Shown: piece by piece, positions 60,401-64,000 of the stretch | How the letters are laid out: each line of letters begins with the position of its first letter | Numbering within the stretch: the first letter of the stretch is position 1 | NCBI GenBank assembly: GCA_964187785.1 | Contig: OZ076411.1 | Location: forward strand, 43,028,001 to 43,092,000 | Length of the DNA stretch: 64,000 nucleotides | Origin: Amphiscolops sp. MND2022 | Lineage: Eukaryota | Direction of reading: 5' to 3' | Notes under the pieces: model-generated | What the model saw: the letters and a program-made list of their open reading frames with translations, nothing else | Databases searched by the model: none | Told to the model about the DNA's origin: nothing | Made by a program: the position numbers and the translations under genes

Positions 60401-62600
60401 GCAAATGTGTCAAATGCAAAGTGCACAGCTAAGAATTCCTTAGCACAAATGGACACCTTTCAATAAGTTGGAGTGAAGATCTTGGAACCAAAAAAGACTG
60501 GCACATATGTTTTGTGGGTTTTACCGGTTTGATCAATGGAGTAGTCTTCGATTAAGAGGACGTATCCAGCTGCATAAAAACTAGCATCGGTTAAAATTAC
60601 ATATTGTGCGTTTGGTTTAGGTAGTCGAAGCGACAATTGACATGCTTGTTCAAGAACTTTTCGTAAAGTGATGATACTTTTATGTTCGTCCGTTAGAACA
60701 ATGTCCGATTCTTTTCGTAACAATTGGTAAAATGGTAGCAGTTTTTCACCAAGTTTTGGAAAGAATGAATGAAAAAACTGGAAAAAACCAATAAATAGTC
60801 GGATCTGTTTTATGGTTTTAGGTGGTTTCAGGGTGTCTAAACAGTCTGTTATTTTCGATTTATTGGGAGACATTCCTTCACTTGTTATCGTATTTCTCAA
60901 AAACGTCATTTTCTTTAGACCAAAGTCGCATTTACTGGGTGTGAGTCGTAGACCTGTCTTTTGTATACATTCAAAGATGGCTTCTAAATTGGCAATAAAT
61001 TCTCCAAAAGTTTTAGCTGCAGTGCCTAGGTCATCAGCCTATTGAAAGCACTGGTCGGCAACTATACACGGGTATAGGAATTTTCGCATGAAGGAACTAA
61101 AGGCGCTAACTGAGCGGCTTAGTCCTTGAGCTAAGCGCAAACATGCGAATGTCCTTGAAGGAAAATTGAAAACCAGCAGTTGCACTGACAATGGGTCAGC
61201 CATTTGTAGGACATGATACGCTTGACTGCAATCCAATTTTGCAAAATACTTCTTGCCAGCAAGATGCGCATTTACATCTGCTAGTGTTGCTATTGGTAAA
61301 TTGTGGTTATCGTGATCATGCCTGATTAAATGATTGATTCTTCTGAGATCTACTAAAATTCGCAATTTACCCGAGGGTTTACAGACAGCAAAAATTGGGC
61401 TTGAGTACTTAGAGTTTGTCAAGGTTGTTATTACTCCCCAAAATTGCAAAAGTGCCAATTCTACTAGAACTTCATCACGATAGTGGATTGGGGTCGGTGG
61501 ACCTGGGTATACATCGGCTTATCGTTTTCAGGGGTAAGTATCACTTTGAATTCTTCGTTTGCTCCAATATCTAAGCAATGTCTTGCGAAAATCCGGAGAT
61601 ATTTTAAAAGTAGCGTTTCAACAATGTTAATCTGTTCAGCGTTAAAAACAGAATTTTCCCAAGTAAAGTGTGAAAGAAATTTCTTTCGGTTTTCTAAGTT
61701 TTTATCTGGGTCTAGTTTTTTTCGTGATTTTAGAGGAATAATCTCGTCATAAATTCTTTTATGAAATCCTGTGAGATTTTCTGGGTCTTTGCAGGTTTCC
61801 GGAGCAGGAAACCAAAACTCATTTGTTGATGGGTATACTTTGGTTTCAGGGTCTTCAACGAGACCGTTAATACTTTTAGTTAAATGGTCAAAGGAGAAGT
61901 TCAGGATTGATAGGATGCAAGTATTGGGCTTGCTTTGCTGTCAAGATCGTTACTTTAGCAACAGGAACATTTCTGTGACTTTTACTTTGTATAGCAAAAT
62001 GTTAAGTATCCCAAGGGAAACTTGTTTTTGGTCGTTCAGTTTTACAATTGCGCTGGTGACGCAAAGTCCTGTTTGTTTTTCAAAACGCGGATTCGGTTCT
62101 ACAATAGCTACTGTTCCTTCAGAGAAGGATTCAGCTGAGAGAGAACAAGAGAATATTTCGGATGTATTCGGTTGTACCGAATAGTTTTGAATAGAGTGTA
62201 AGAAAAGGTTTTTCTTCGGAGTAAGCTGACTTACTTTTCCGTCTTTATGTATCCCTTCGGTTACTTGTAAAGTCATATTGGGTAGTTTCAGCGTTCTTGT
62301 TCGCCGATGAATAGAAATAACATTTTTCTCAAAAATTGGTAGTCCCAAAAATGTCTGGTTCATTGTTTGCATCAAAATGAATGTTTCAGTGAAAGATTCA
62401 CCTGCAATATTAAAAGAAGCTCGAAACGTGCCATGGGTGGTTACAGAGTCACCTTTTGCAACTTTTACAGAGCTGGTTGTTGGATTATAGTTGGTATTAG
62501 CTTTAGGACAAAGACGTTGTATCTTTTGGAATACGGTTAGAGGAATGGCACTTGAGAAAGAACCAGTATCAATTAGGGCTTTTACTGGAAAAGAGTGGTA
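57457..62600 (-). pseudogene. pol: Gypsy pol: protease, RT, RNase H, integrase and long P/S/T-rich tail; multiple stops/frameshifts
   Basis: ALIDTGS (~62570), YSSPIFAV / LRILVDLR / YFAKLDCSQAY, YADD mutated to TAG-ADD (~61030-61045), ILTDAS, ELLA/EFLAVHFA, HNSKYAGHPG...CSSC, QVDLVGKL, LSDMSTAF, GSVERSH. Confidence 0.95.
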
Positions 62601-62817
62601 CCAAAAAAAGTGGTGGTACCAAAAAAAGTGAAGTGCGAAGCTTTGAAGAAAGGATGTTTATAAATGATGAGGAGTTAGTCATATTAGTAGATAAAGAAGA
62701 AGAAATATGGGCAATGTGTGGCTTACTTAGTTTTTTGGATTCGAGGCATGTTGGTTTACGTCCATAGTGACCAATATGGAGGCATTTGAGTGATGGGTTC
62801 CATCGGCTGAGGCTGCA

Positions 62818-63940
62818 TCATGGGTTTTGGAGCTGTGAAGTTCGGAAGTTCGGCGCTGAGTATTGGGTGTATGGTAGGGCTGGAGGTTGATGTTGCTGAG
62901 GACGAAACCAGCATTGTGAGAGTATGTGTCCGAACTTGATGCAATAGTTGCAGTATTTTTGACTAGATTGCGCAGTATTGTTGTTTCGTTGCTGATTCCA
63001 GTTGGGTTTCTGATTTTGCCAATTTGGATTTGACGGTCGCCAATTTTGCTCATTGTTGTTGTTATTTTTCCAGTTCTGCTGGTTGTTTCTCCATTGGTGA
63101 GGGTTGTTTCCACGGGGAGCATTATTTTTGTTCCAATTTTGCTGCTCGTTTTTGTTGTAGATATTATTGTTTCTGTTGTTGTTCATGTCGGAAGTTTGGG
63201 CTGTAGTTAGCTGGTTAATGGTCGGTTGCAAGATTTTGGTCAATTCTTGCAATTCAGTGGACAACTTTCCAGTTCCTTGCTTGAGAACATCCTGTGCTTT
63301 TGACAACTCATGGATTCTTGTGAGGAGATCTTTTGTGGAGCAATTCTGATGCTCGTTGAAGGCGGTGTCGTCGTCTTCCGGGTAAAGACGATCTACAATC
63401 ATTCTGCAAGAAGTTTTTGCGCATAACTCCTCAATTGGAGTTTCATCTGGTTGTGTCATTAAGAAACGTTTGAGTTTGATAGGCATTCCATTAATGAATG
63501 ATTCTCTCACTCGTCGTGTTCTTTCTTGAGCACGATCTCCTGCTGCTACTGCAGGTCGTCCTTCTGCGGCGGCTCTTGCTACAACGTTGGGGTAGGCTTC
63601 CAAAGCCAATCGTTGCAATTCAGTAAGGCAATCTTGAGCGCTTTCCTCAGAGGGTTTCATTTTGCGGGAGTTGAAAAGCAACTTTTGAAGCTGAATTCTC
63701 TGATCATTTTGATATCTGTCACGTAGGGCTGCTACTGCTTGCTCGTAGTCATCTCAAACTGCTGCTTCTTGTTGGTCGAAAAATGTGAGTGCACCTCCTT
63801 TCAGATGAAGGTGAAGGTATACCGACGACAAATGCATTTGCGCCACCCATCGTGCCAACCGTAATGGTGCAGTCACAACCGTTAACCGTACCCGCAAGCC
63901 ATGTTTTACCGAATTTGTCTGCATGGACGTTTCCACCTGC
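62818..63940 (-). pseudogene. gag: Gypsy gag with N/Q-rich region and one CCHC zinc knuckle
   Basis: LHLKGGALTFF...(stop)...LFNSRKMKPSEESAQDCLTELQRLALEAYP, N/Q-rich linker, CNYCIKFGHILSQC (CX2CX4HX4C). Confidence 0.9.
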
Positions 63941-64000
63941 CACCAACAACGCGCCGACAGGTGTGATTCCCGTCACCACTTCGATTCAAGTAACACCAAC

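Larger units (their letters stand above)
48672..64000 (-). mobile_element. Env-bearing Ty3/Gypsy LTR retrotransposon (endogenous retrovirus-like); 5' end at or beyond window edge
   Basis: gag-PR-RT-RH-INT-(spacer)-env on the minus strand; candidate PPT AAGACAAGGGAAA (plus 48874-48887) and candidate 3' LTR 48672-48873 ending GTGACA (unconfirmed, no second LTR in window). Confidence 0.9.

Noticed and set aside
48676-64000. GTTGGTGTT(A)CTTG match between 48676-48690 and 63987-64000 as the Gypsy LTR boundary
   Set aside because: Only ~14 nt available at the window edge; cannot tell LTR end from PBS or chance.

Overview
Eukaryotic (invertebrate metazoan), AT-rich, transposon-dense genomic window; no prokaryotic features. 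One clear host gene: a five-exon retinal homeobox gene (Rx/Rax) on the minus strand (28645-40840, about 400 aa) with octapeptide, Q50 paired-type homeodomain split at the canonical Q|V intron, and Rx motif; an OAR-like tail sits just out of frame. The rest is nested mobile DNA: a decayed BEL/Pao element (-) interrupted by a TA-flanked insert; a full-length BEL/Pao element (+) with paired 224-bp LTRs and a CCATA target duplication, nested in a CCC-terminal MITE; IS630/Tc1, Tc1, pogo and Tigger remnants; a CR1-like LINE; tRNA-derived SINE-like heads; and a spacer-less 1.1-kb palindrome. The right quarter holds a Ty3/Gypsy element (-) with CCHC gag, pol with a ~400-aa P/S/T-rich integrase tail and a class I, F-like env (furin site RLRR, fusion peptide, heptad repeat, TM anchor). 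The ~5.6-kb pol-env spacer carries a 2,025-bp tandem duplication and an apparent antisense, four-exon, in-frame-spliced gene (about 425 aa) with an integrase-H2C2/GIN1-like N-terminus and an unrecognised Cys/Trp-rich C-terminus, head-to-head with env. This complex-retrovirus-like layout is the strongest candidate for an undescribed system. All family calls are by eye; no database searches were run.
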